DNA of 64,000 nucleotides from a virus (Duplodnaviria > Caudoviricetes): positions 30,063 through 94,062 of the IMG/VR virus record IMGVR_UViG_3300021164_001199, one strand, 5' to 3'. This document shows, piece by piece, positions 1-9,236 of this stretch. The translations under genes were made by a program, and so were the position numbers. The stretch's first letter is position 1. Every line of letters starts with the position of its first letter. The notes below the pieces were generated by a model. It made no database searches, was not told where the DNA came from, and saw only the letters and a list, made by a program, of their open reading frames with translations.

Positions 1-1050
1 AAATTTCAAGAAGGTTATAATAGATGGTATAAAGAAGCAACTGGAGAAGAATATTTTAGTGGAGACACAGAAAAATTACCATATGGTAAAGATAGTAAAC
101 CTGGTATTTATACAACTAGTGCTCCTGGTTTATCTAAACCTAAAGTTCCATCTACAATTACAAAAACTGAAGAAGATAAAAATACTGCTCAACAAATTAC
201 AGCAGGTAAACAAGGACCTCCAGGAGATATACCAGAAGTAGGTTGGTTTCCTCAAGATGTTAATAATCTATATGGTGCATTAGCAGATTGGACAGGAACT
301 AAAAAATATATGCCTTGGATGCCACAAGCAGACTTTCAATATTATGATCCTACATTTTATGATCCATCTAGAGCATTAGCTAATATTAATGAACAAACTA
401 ACATAGGTACTCAAGGATTAAATGCTTATGGAAATGATCAAGCTTATGCAGCAGGTTATAATCAAATGCAAGGTAAAGCTGCAGAACAAGCTGCTAATAC
501 TTTAGGACAATATGAGAATTTAAATGTTGGAGTAGCTAATGATGCTGCTAGATATAATGCTGAAGTAGATACTAAACAAGCATTATACAATGCCCAGAAA
601 ACTGGTAACTATTATGATCAAACTACTATAGCAAATCAACAGTTTGATAATGCTACTAAACAAAATAGACGTAATACTATTAATGCTTTTAATACAGGTA
701 TTACTAATAGAGCTATGGCTAATACTTTAAACTATATGAATCCTTATGAGTATTTTATAGATCCAGCAACTGGAGGAATTAGATTTAATAAAAACAATGT
801 ACCTAGCAATTTAGATGATACATATAAAGCAGATGCTCAAAGAAGAGAAGAACAATTAGCTAAATTTTTAGGTGATACTAAATGGTCATCCTATGATAAT
901 GATGCTAAATTTGAAATCTATGATAGATTATATCCAAGTGAATTTTCACCAGGTAATTATAGAAAACAAAAAGGATCAATTCCTCAACAAGATGATATGT
1001 ATATGAGAATGATGCAAATGATGATGGGTTCTGGTGCTTATCCTGGATAA
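1..1050 (+). CDS. 5'-truncated virion/ejection-associated protein (Q/N/A-rich C-terminal part)
   Basis: Frame 1 is open from base 1 (KFQEGYNRWY...) to TAA at 1048-1050, so the track ORF 310..1050 is only its C-terminal part. It lies upstream of the vRNAP block. Confidence 0.7.
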   Translation, partial: KFQEGYNRWYKEATGEEYFSGDTEKLPYGKDSKPGIYTTSAPGLSKPKVPSTITKTEEDKNTAQQITAGKQGPPGDIPEVGWFPQDVNNLYGALADWTGTKKYMPWMPQADFQYYDPTFYDPSRALANINEQTNIGTQGLNAYGNDQAYAAGYNQMQGKAAEQAANTLGQYENLNVGVANDAARYNAEVDTKQALYNAQKTGNYYDQTTIANQQFDNATKQNRRNTINAFNTGITNRAMANTLNYMNPYEYFIDPATGGIRFNKNNVPSNLDDTYKADAQRREEQLAKFLGDTKWSSYDNDAKFEIYDRLYPSEFSPGNYRKQKGSIPQQDDMYMRMMQMMMGSGAYPG

Positions 1051-1058
1051 ACAAATTG

Positions 1059-1108
1059 AATAAACTTTATAAGTTTAATAAACTTTATATATTTTTGTAT
1101 ATATTATA
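1059..1108 (+). promoter_or_regulatory. Putative phage promoter/operator: two copies of AATAAACTTTATA, an AAACTT-tat-AAGTTT palindrome and TTTTTGTATATATTATA
   Basis: Intergenic. 13-bp direct repeats at 1059-1071 and 1077-1089. Similar TGTATATT(A/G)TA motifs occur at 43204-43221 and 61613-61629. Confidence 0.45.
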
Positions 1109-1110
1109 AT

Positions 1111-3867
1111 ATGGCTACATACTTACCAGGTGTCACGGATGTGATCCCACAGTTTCAACCTTTCACTCCTAATTTTGATTTTTATAATCAAGCTTTACAA
1201 TTAAAGCATGAACAATATCAACAAGGGTATAAGCAATTAAGTGGATTATATTCTACAATATTAAATTCTCCACTTACAAGAGATGAAAATATAAGTAGAA
1301 GAGATCAATTTTTTAAAAATACTGATAAAGAAATTAAAAAGATTTCTGGTGTAGACTTATCATTACCACAAAACGTACAAGCAGCTTCACAAATTTTTAA
1401 ACCATTCTATCAAGATAAACCAATGATGGTAGATATGGTAGTAACTAAATCTATTGATGATTCAAGAACTGCTCATGAAATATTAAAGAATTGTGTTGGT
1501 AAAAATTGTGAAAAATTTGGTGCCTGGGATGAAGGTTTAAAAGCAGTAGAATATAAAAGAGAAGAATTTAAAAAAACTGGTACAGATGAATCATTAAACT
1601 TTGGTAAAGTATCTTATACTCCAAGAGTTAAATATGCTGAAGATGTATTAAAGTTTTTAAAAGAACAAAAATTTAAAATTACAAGAGAAGTAAATACAGG
1701 AAGATATAATGTAACATATGAAAATGGTGACCTATTAGAGAAACCATTATATAATATGATTAGAACATTATATGAAGATGATAGCAATGTAACAGCAATG
1801 TATGATACTAAAGCATATGTTGCTAGAAAAGATTATGCTAGATCAAATGCTCCATTATTTAATGGATCTGAAGAAGAAGCAGAAAAACAATATTTAACTG
1901 AAAGAGCTGATGCTATATCTCAGTCTTTAGATGGTCAATTATCTCAAATGGATTTAGAATTAAATTCTTCTAAAGCTAAATTGAAATTACTTGAATCTAA
2001 GATTAAAAGTACTGGTATTTCAATGGATAGTAAAGATGCTCAACAATATAGATACTTAAGTCAAGTAGTACCAGTATTAGAAAAAGGTAGAAACAATCTA
2101 GTAAGAAATAAAGAATATTTTACTGATCTTGGTTCTGTTGATATTAAAACTCTTAGAGGTAGAGTAGATGGTCTTGTAGCAAATGAATATTTTGATAATG
2201 ATGTTAGAGATATTGCTCATAATTATGCTGATGCAACAAGTTCAGTTACATTAAAAGCAGATCCATTTGCAGTAGAAGAATTTAGTTCAGCACTTACATT
2301 ACGTAATCAACAAGCAATGGCTGCACTTAATTTTAAGTATGATATTGCTAAACTAGATTATAAAGATCAGTTAGAAAGAAAACAAACTGCTGATCTATTA
2401 GGTGCTGGTGAAAAACTTAATGTCACTACTGGAAATCTTAGTGATGATAATATGAGTAAAGAAGATTTATATACTACTAACACTAAAACTATTGAATCAG
2501 AAACAACTGCGTATATGGATAATATGCGTGATGTATTAACAGATGTTTATAATCATTTATATAATGCATCTAAAGATAATAGTGAACAAGGTGATATTGC
2601 TAAAAAAGACTTTGCAAAATTATTTCCAGGAGCAAAACCAGGTGAAGATAGTTTTAATAAATATTATAGTTGGGCTAGAGGTTATAAAACTTATGAAAAT
2701 AAATATAACCAAGCATTAACATTAATAAAGGGTAATGATTTATATAAAGATTTACTTACTAATAAATCTGCAGCAATAAATAATGCAAATAGACAAAAGT
2801 TAACTGTTGATGCTATTGCTAAATTACAAGCTCAAAATGTGGGAAAGATAAAAACCTCAATGAAAAATGATATAGAATCTAAATTAGATTCAGATTATAT
2901 TCCATATGTAGATATATTTTTTACAAAACAAAATGGTATACTTTCTAAAGTTGAATTTCAAACTAAATTAGAATCATTAAGTATAGATGCTGAGGACTCT
3001 GGTGAAATATATGATGATATGACAGAAGAATACATGAGACAGTATTCTGATGGTTCAAGAAATGAAAGTGTTAGGGTAAGACCCTTCTATGGTGAAGTAG
3101 TTCAAGATGGTGGTGGTGGAGCTATTGGTATTAAACCAGTACAACTTGATGCAAATCCTTTAAAGAAACTTAGTGAGAATTATGCAGCTGCACAATCAAT
3201 ATTAAGTGATATTCAGAATTCAGGATTTCAATTAAAAGAAGGTTCTGCAGCAACAGTAGATATGGTTCAACAATTCATTAGAGACTTTTCTAAAGAGTAT
3301 GATCCTAAGAAAGAAAATGCTAAAATGCCTTTAGCTAGTTTTAAATATGAAGGTATATCTGATAAAGAAGGTTTTGCTAAAGTTACCATAACTCCTGATA
3401 AACAATGGTTAGAAGATAATATTGTAGGAGCTAAAAAAGATATTGAATCTGAAGAATTTAATAAACTAACAAAAGGATTTGAATTATATATTCCAAAAGA
3501 TAAAGCTAATAATGTATTAGAATCTAGAAATAAAACTTTTGCAGATGTAATATTTGATGCTAATGACAATAAAGTTCAAATTGGAGAAGTAAATGATAGA
3601 GCTGGATATGCAACTATAACTAGAGATCCTACTAATAATTCATTTTCAGTATTTCAAAAAAATCCAAGATGGAATCCAAATACATTAGAACCAGAACCAT
3701 TTGAGTACACAACAAATTCTTTACGTGGTGCAGATGCAGATAGGTTAATGAATGAAATTCAAGCTAGGGTTGAAATGTCTAAACAAACAGTTATGCAAAT
3801 TGATGCAAGTTTAGAAGCTATAAAAAATAAAACTAAAAATCCTCAAGAGATATTAAACGGTAAATAA
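1111..3867 (+). CDS. Large virion cargo/ejection protein (918 aa)
   Basis: Long helical/coiled-coil-rich ORF in an operon with the vRNAP. The function is inferred from position. Confidence 0.6.
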   Translation: MATYLPGVTDVIPQFQPFTPNFDFYNQALQLKHEQYQQGYKQLSGLYSTILNSPLTRDENISRRDQFFKNTDKEIKKISGVDLSLPQNVQAASQIFKPFYQDKPMMVDMVVTKSIDDSRTAHEILKNCVGKNCEKFGAWDEGLKAVEYKREEFKKTGTDESLNFGKVSYTPRVKYAEDVLKFLKEQKFKITREVNTGRYNVTYENGDLLEKPLYNMIRTLYEDDSNVTAMYDTKAYVARKDYARSNAPLFNGSEEEAEKQYLTERADAISQSLDGQLSQMDLELNSSKAKLKLLESKIKSTGISMDSKDAQQYRYLSQVVPVLEKGRNNLVRNKEYFTDLGSVDIKTLRGRVDGLVANEYFDNDVRDIAHNYADATSSVTLKADPFAVEEFSSALTLRNQQAMAALNFKYDIAKLDYKDQLERKQTADLLGAGEKLNVTTGNLSDDNMSKEDLYTTNTKTIESETTAYMDNMRDVLTDVYNHLYNASKDNSEQGDIAKKDFAKLFPGAKPGEDSFNKYYSWARGYKTYENKYNQALTLIKGNDLYKDLLTNKSAAINNANRQKLTVDAIAKLQAQNVGKIKTSMKNDIESKLDSDYIPYVDIFFTKQNGILSKVEFQTKLESLSIDAEDSGEIYDDMTEEYMRQYSDGSRNESVRVRPFYGEVVQDGGGGAIGIKPVQLDANPLKKLSENYAAAQSILSDIQNSGFQLKEGSAATVDMVQQFIRDFSKEYDPKKENAKMPLASFKYEGISDKEGFAKVTITPDKQWLEDNIVGAKKDIESEEFNKLTKGFELYIPKDKANNVLESRNKTFADVIFDANDNKVQIGEVNDRAGYATITRDPTNNSFSVFQKNPRWNPNTLEPEPFEYTTNSLRGADADRLMNEIQARVEMSKQTVMQIDASLEAIKNKTKNPQEILNGK

Positions 3868-3869
3868 TA

Positions 3870-6800
3870 ATGGAAGATATCTTCAAAGATTCAAACACAG
3901 TTATTACTCCAGAACTAAATGATTTTTATTCTAATTCATTTTTAGTAAAAGGTAATCCAGCTGATGAAAATGTATTACCTGCACCACAAGTTGGTGGTGA
4001 TAATGATGATAAAGCTAATGTTAGATCTTTAATTAATAAGCTTAATAACATATCTGATTTATCTAAAAATAATATATCTAATCTACAAGCTACTTATACA
4101 GATCCATTAAAGGATGCTAAAATGTTTGCTTTTAATCCTACTTATAAAGGATTAAATTGGGATAGATATAAAAGTCATTCAGCATTTAATGAATTAGGAT
4201 TTGATCCATTTAGAGATAATGAGAAGTTTTATAATGATAATACTTCTATCTATTCTGATATTACTAGAGGTATTCAAGGTTTTGGTAAAATAACTGCTAG
4301 TGCCTTTATGAATACTGCAGCAGATTTACCAAGATTATTAACAGGTAATTGGGATCCTAATACAGAAGCAGCAAAAGAAACAGAAAGAATTATGGCTGAG
4401 ACAATGTCCACTAGAGGAACATTTGGTTCAAGTGTAATTAACTTTGGTATCAATGCTGGTTTTACTGTAGGTATTATAGGTGAATTAATAGCAGAAGAAA
4501 TGATACTTGGTTTAGCTGGTTTAGCTGGTGCACCAGAAACTGGTGGTGCTTCATTAGGAGCAGCTGGTTATTTAATGGCAGTTAGAGCAGGATTAGCAGG
4601 TAGTAAAATTGCAGGACTTGGAAAAACAACAGGAGCATTATTAAAGACTATTAAAAATTTAGATAATGCTGTAGATGCAAAAAAATACTTCAATCAATTT
4701 GGAAGAGGGGCTGCTGAATTTTTAAACCCATTACAAGCAACTACTGACTTAGCTAAGAATTTTAAAAACTTAAATGGACTAGGACAAACAGCTAGAGCTG
4801 CTAAAAGCTTTGGTGCCTTTTTTAAAGATATAAGAGATATTAATAGATCTTTTTCTGAAGCTAAACTAGAAGGTGGGTTTGTTCAAAATGCAATGTTTGA
4901 AAAACTTTTAAATGAAGCTTATGCAAATGGTAAAACACCAACACCAGAAGAAATAGATAAAATTAAAGAAGCTTCATTACATGCTGGTTATGTGAATCAA
5001 ATGGTAAACTTTCCAGTTATACATTATACTAACAATATTGCATTTGGAAATTTAGTTAAACCACTTAATAGATTAATTGGATCTACAGAAGACTCAATTA
5101 AAATATTAAATAAGACTATAACTGCAGACATAACTAGAAAAAAAGTATTTCAAGAATTAGCAGGAGGTTGGAAAGAGTCACTTAAAAGAGGTTTTAATCC
5201 TAAACTAATGGCTAAGAATAGTCTTAACTATTTTTCAGCAAACTTAGCAGAAGGTTTACAAGAATCATTTCAGGAAGCATCAGCAATTGCTATAGAAGAT
5301 TATTATACTAAACAGTTTATTAATGAGAATAGTATAGTAAGAAATCAATATGAATTAAGCATACTTGATAGTTATGGTAAAGGTATTGGTGAACAATTTA
5401 GTGCTCAAGGTGCTGAGACTTTCTTAAGTGGTTTCCTAATGGGAGGACTGATGGGTAGAGGTGGTAAGATAGCTAGAAAAATAGGTACTGGATTAAATGA
5501 AAGTTCAAATAAAGTAAAAGACTTATTTTATTCTAAAACTGATCCAGAAAAATATAAAGAAATTAAAGAAAAAAGAGAAATAGCAAAAGCAGAAAAAGAA
5601 GCTAAGATTAAAAAATATGATGAGTTTAGAACTAATCTTATTAATAGTCTAAATGATTTTTATGAAGATGCTGGTAAAATGTTCTCTCGTGATTTAGCAC
5701 ATATGTCAGCTCAAGAAATACTTGATGCTAAAGCTAAACAAGCACAAGAAACTGGTGATGATAAATTCTTAATTGATTTTACAGATGCATCATTATTTGA
5801 AAGTGTAAGTAATGCTTTATACTTTGGTAAGTTTGATTTATATCTAGAACACTTAGATAAAATTAAATCATTAGATGATCAAGGTTTAATGGAAGCTATG
5901 GGTATTGATGATGCTCAAGCTGGTAGACAAAGATTAGAAGTATCTATTGAAAGAGCAAAAGAAATTAAAAGTAGATCAAAGAAGTTCTCAGAAAACCCTT
6001 ATAAATATAATGATTATAAAGAGGGCACAGATGAGTACAATGAAATGGTTTTAATGCATAATGCTTTTGAAGATGCTAAACAATCAGCAATATTTACCCC
6101 ATATCAATTTGATAGGGTACTATCAAGAATGAATTCAATTGCTGAATCATTTTCTAGTATTGATTTAGTAGCTAATGGTAATGCAACTGAATTCCTACAT
6201 CTATTTGGTGTAGATAATATTCTTAATGAGGTAGAAATTTTAGATAATGAAATACAATCATTAAAAGATGGTACCAGAGAGAATGAAGCATTAGCTAGAA
6301 GAAAAGAAAAACAAATTAAAGATTTAGCTGAAGTACGTGATGCAATAATTGCTCATAGAGCTTATTTTAAAGCATTAAAAGAAACTGATACAGTTGATAC
6401 TTCATATGAGAAAAATCTTAAAAATGCTTTTATAAAATACTTAGGGTCTTATGGTGAAAATAAAAGTAGAATATTAAAGTCTGATAAACTTGATGATGCT
6501 TTCAAACTATTTCATGATTATTATAGATTAAATATAGATGCTGAATATCTTAGTAAGAGTGTTGCTATAGTAGCAGATCCCGATTTCTTAAGACAAGAAT
6601 CTTTAAGAAGATATAATGCATTAAAGAAACAATATACAAATAGAAAAGAATTAATAAAAAAGAAATGGGATACTTATCTTAGAAAGATAGGATTAAATGG
6701 TGTATTCCAAAAGTTATATGAAGCTGGTTTTGCTGGAGATCCAGAACAAATGGTTGCATATAACTTATCAGGAGGAAAAACACCTGTAAATCTATTTTAT

Positions 6801-9236
6801 AGAATATCTGACTTTAGTAGAGTAACTGCAGCTGATGTAGAAGACATTAAAAAGATTAAAGAGATTTTTGATGAGTATGAAGATATAACTGGTATAACTA
6901 AAGCTAAAGAAGAAGCTGCAAAAAAAGCTGCTGAGGCTGCTGCTAAAAAACTAGAAGAAGAAGCTGAAGCTGCTAGAGTAGCTGCAAAAGAAAAAGCTCT
7001 TGATATATATACTCCAGAAACTAAAGCTAAACTAGTAGCAGACTATGAAAACTATCCAGAGAAAGATACTGAATCTTTTGAAGAGTATTTAGAAACACCT
7101 AGAGCAGCAGTTATAATCTATAAGGAAAAACAAAAAGAACAACAACTAACTCCTGCTGAATTATTAGGTCAATTTATATCTGGTTTAGCTACAGATCAAG
7201 GATTAAAAATAATAGAAGCTAGTTTACTCAAATCAGGTAAATTTATTATTTCTAATATATCTAGAGCTACTTCAGAACAAAGACAAAAAATAGATTCAGA
7301 TATAGAAAAACTTAGAAATAAATATACTGAAAAGAATATTGTAACTAGAATAGAAAATGGTAATCTTATTATTGAAGTAGATATAAGACCAACACCTATT
7401 AATATAAATGAACCAACTCCAAAAACATTTCAAGAATTAAAAAGTGAAATAGAAAGACTAAGAGCAGAAGAAGAAACTAAGTATGCTGCTATGTCTGATC
7501 CTAATGATGCAGTAGCAAGAGCTAAAATTTATGAGGAGTATAATGTTTTAATAACTCCTTTAATAAAAGAAGCAGAAGCAGACATAAAAGCAAGAAAAGA
7601 AAAAGATATAAATTCAATATCAACAGATCCTATTAAGGAACCTTCTGAGTATAATGCTTATATATCTAAAATCAATGATATATATAATGCAGAACTAGAA
7701 TCTTTAAAGAAAAAAGAAACACCACAAACTAAAGTACAATCTTCTACAATAGAAGGTCAAGTAGGTACTTCTAATTATACTGTAGAAGAAGGATTAATCT
7801 TTTATGAAAATGAAGATGGATCTAGAAGACCAGTAGCTAATCCTGATGGTAGACCTATTTTAGATGTTATTAAATCTGATATAGAAAATAGAAGAAATGA
7901 AGAGTTAACAAAATATGATGAAGGAAAATTAACTAATACTGAAATAAAAGTTAATAATTATAAAGCTTATATACATTCAACCCCAACAAATGTTATTTTA
8001 AAAATAGGAGATAGATATGGAGAAATAATTTTTGAAGGTTCTGGTATTTATGGGTATAATCTTGAAAAACTTATAAATGCAGAAACAGGGAATACTATAG
8101 AGCAACAGCATAATGGAAGAGATGTAATACAATCTAAATATAATGAAGAACTAACTGCTTTAGAATCTGAACAACCTAAAAAAGAAGAGCCTGAAGTAAA
8201 AGAAGCATTTCCTTTATCTCCACAGTTTGAAGGTAAGATAATTTACTTCTCTCCAGGTTTAGGAAAAACTACATTAGTAAATCAGTATCCAGATCAGTTT
8301 GTAGATATGGATGTATTACTATATGAAGAATTTAAAGATGAACCTGGATTTGAAGATGCAACACCAGAAACTTTTGGTACAGCTATTTCTGCAATTTATA
8401 AAAATTTAAAAATTACTGGACAACCTGCTGAGGCATTTAATGTAATTAAAAATAAACTTTATGATAATGCATTTAAAAAAGCTAAAGAATTAACTAAGCA
8501 AGGTAAAACAGTATTAACAGGATCTGGTGCCTTTATTTCTAAAGCTGATTTTAGTGTAAAAGCTAATGATGAAAAAATATCTAAGGAACAGTTACTGAAT
8601 AAAAATCCAAATATGGATGAAATAGATCTTTCAGAAGCTTTAAGTGGTATAAGAAGAAATGAAAATAGAAACAATATATTATTATCTGTTGATAAAGATT
8701 CATTCATTCAATTCTTAATGGGTAACTACGATATTCTTAAATATATCAATGAAGATATAACATTTAAACAACTTGATGAATTAGGTAAATTTATGATGGC
8801 TCCATTATCTCCAGAAGTTATGGAAGCTTTTAGTAAAAAAATGGAATATTTTCAAGCTAGAGAATTATTATTTAGTAGCTTGCAGCCTGGTGACACAGTC
8901 ATTATATATAATGAAAAAACTGGTAAAAATTATACAACTAAAATAATGAATAAAAAAGATGCAAATAGTTATAATTTAGAAATTGTACCTGATGGAAGTT
9001 CATATCTAATGCGTAGTAATCTTCCCAACTTAATAAATGTCATACCAACACAAGGTACTAGTGAAGGTATTAAAATAGATGAAGTAGATAACTCAGATGC
9101 TGAAGATAATAAAACAAAAGTAAATGATGTTGCTACAGAAACAGAAAGATTAAAAGCTTTATTAAATGAATCATTCAATGATGATGATTTATTTGAAGAT
9201 GCTGAAGACCCTAATAATTGTAAAATTAAAAAGTAA
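3870..9236 (+). CDS. Giant virion cargo protein (1788 aa) with Gly/Ala-rich hydrophobic segments and a C-terminal P-loop kinase-like domain
   Basis: Hydrophobic GLAGLAGAPETGGASLGAAG segment. Walker A-like IIYFSPGLGKTT followed by FVDMD near 8240-8315. Its stop overlaps the vRNAP start (TAATG). Confidence 0.65.
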   Translation: MEDIFKDSNTVITPELNDFYSNSFLVKGNPADENVLPAPQVGGDNDDKANVRSLINKLNNISDLSKNNISNLQATYTDPLKDAKMFAFNPTYKGLNWDRYKSHSAFNELGFDPFRDNEKFYNDNTSIYSDITRGIQGFGKITASAFMNTAADLPRLLTGNWDPNTEAAKETERIMAETMSTRGTFGSSVINFGINAGFTVGIIGELIAEEMILGLAGLAGAPETGGASLGAAGYLMAVRAGLAGSKIAGLGKTTGALLKTIKNLDNAVDAKKYFNQFGRGAAEFLNPLQATTDLAKNFKNLNGLGQTARAAKSFGAFFKDIRDINRSFSEAKLEGGFVQNAMFEKLLNEAYANGKTPTPEEIDKIKEASLHAGYVNQMVNFPVIHYTNNIAFGNLVKPLNRLIGSTEDSIKILNKTITADITRKKVFQELAGGWKESLKRGFNPKLMAKNSLNYFSANLAEGLQESFQEASAIAIEDYYTKQFINENSIVRNQYELSILDSYGKGIGEQFSAQGAETFLSGFLMGGLMGRGGKIARKIGTGLNESSNKVKDLFYSKTDPEKYKEIKEKREIAKAEKEAKIKKYDEFRTNLINSLNDFYEDAGKMFSRDLAHMSAQEILDAKAKQAQETGDDKFLIDFTDASLFESVSNALYFGKFDLYLEHLDKIKSLDDQGLMEAMGIDDAQAGRQRLEVSIERAKEIKSRSKKFSENPYKYNDYKEGTDEYNEMVLMHNAFEDAKQSAIFTPYQFDRVLSRMNSIAESFSSIDLVANGNATEFLHLFGVDNILNEVEILDNEIQSLKDGTRENEALARRKEKQIKDLAEVRDAIIAHRAYFKALKETDTVDTSYEKNLKNAFIKYLGSYGENKSRILKSDKLDDAFKLFHDYYRLNIDAEYLSKSVAIVADPDFLRQESLRRYNALKKQYTNRKELIKKKWDTYLRKIGLNGVFQKLYEAGFAGDPEQMVAYNLSGGKTPVNLFYRISDFSRVTAADVEDIKKIKEIFDEYEDITGITKAKEEAAKKAAEAAAKKLEEEAEAARVAAKEKALDIYTPETKAKLVADYENYPEKDTESFEEYLETPRAAVIIYKEKQKEQQLTPAELLGQFISGLATDQGLKIIEASLLKSGKFIISNISRATSEQRQKIDSDIEKLRNKYTEKNIVTRIENGNLIIEVDIRPTPININEPTPKTFQELKSEIERLRAEEETKYAAMSDPNDAVARAKIYEEYNVLITPLIKEAEADIKARKEKDINSISTDPIKEPSEYNAYISKINDIYNAELESLKKKETPQTKVQSSTIEGQVGTSNYTVEEGLIFYENEDGSRRPVANPDGRPILDVIKSDIENRRNEELTKYDEGKLTNTEIKVNNYKAYIHSTPTNVILKIGDRYGEIIFEGSGIYGYNLEKLINAETGNTIEQQHNGRDVIQSKYNEELTALESEQPKKEEPEVKEAFPLSPQFEGKIIYFSPGLGKTTLVNQYPDQFVDMDVLLYEEFKDEPGFEDATPETFGTAISAIYKNLKITGQPAEAFNVIKNKLYDNAFKKAKELTKQGKTVLTGSGAFISKADFSVKANDEKISKEQLLNKNPNMDEIDLSEALSGIRRNENRNNILLSVDKDSFIQFLMGNYDILKYINEDITFKQLDELGKFMMAPLSPEVMEAFSKKMEYFQARELLFSSLQPGDTVIIYNEKTGKNYTTKIMNKKDANSYNLEIVPDGSSYLMRSNLPNLINVIPTQGTSEGIKIDEVDNSDAEDNKTKVNDVATETERLKALLNESFNDDDLFEDAEDPNNCKIKK

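Noticed and set aside
59-241. 60-aa ORF in the track
   Set aside because: Out-of-frame shadow inside the real frame-1 CDS, which is open from base 1.
6895-7000. KAKEEAAKKAAEAAAKKLEEEAEAA tract
   Set aside because: Ordinary charged alanine-rich helical linker with no discrete DNA repeat unit.
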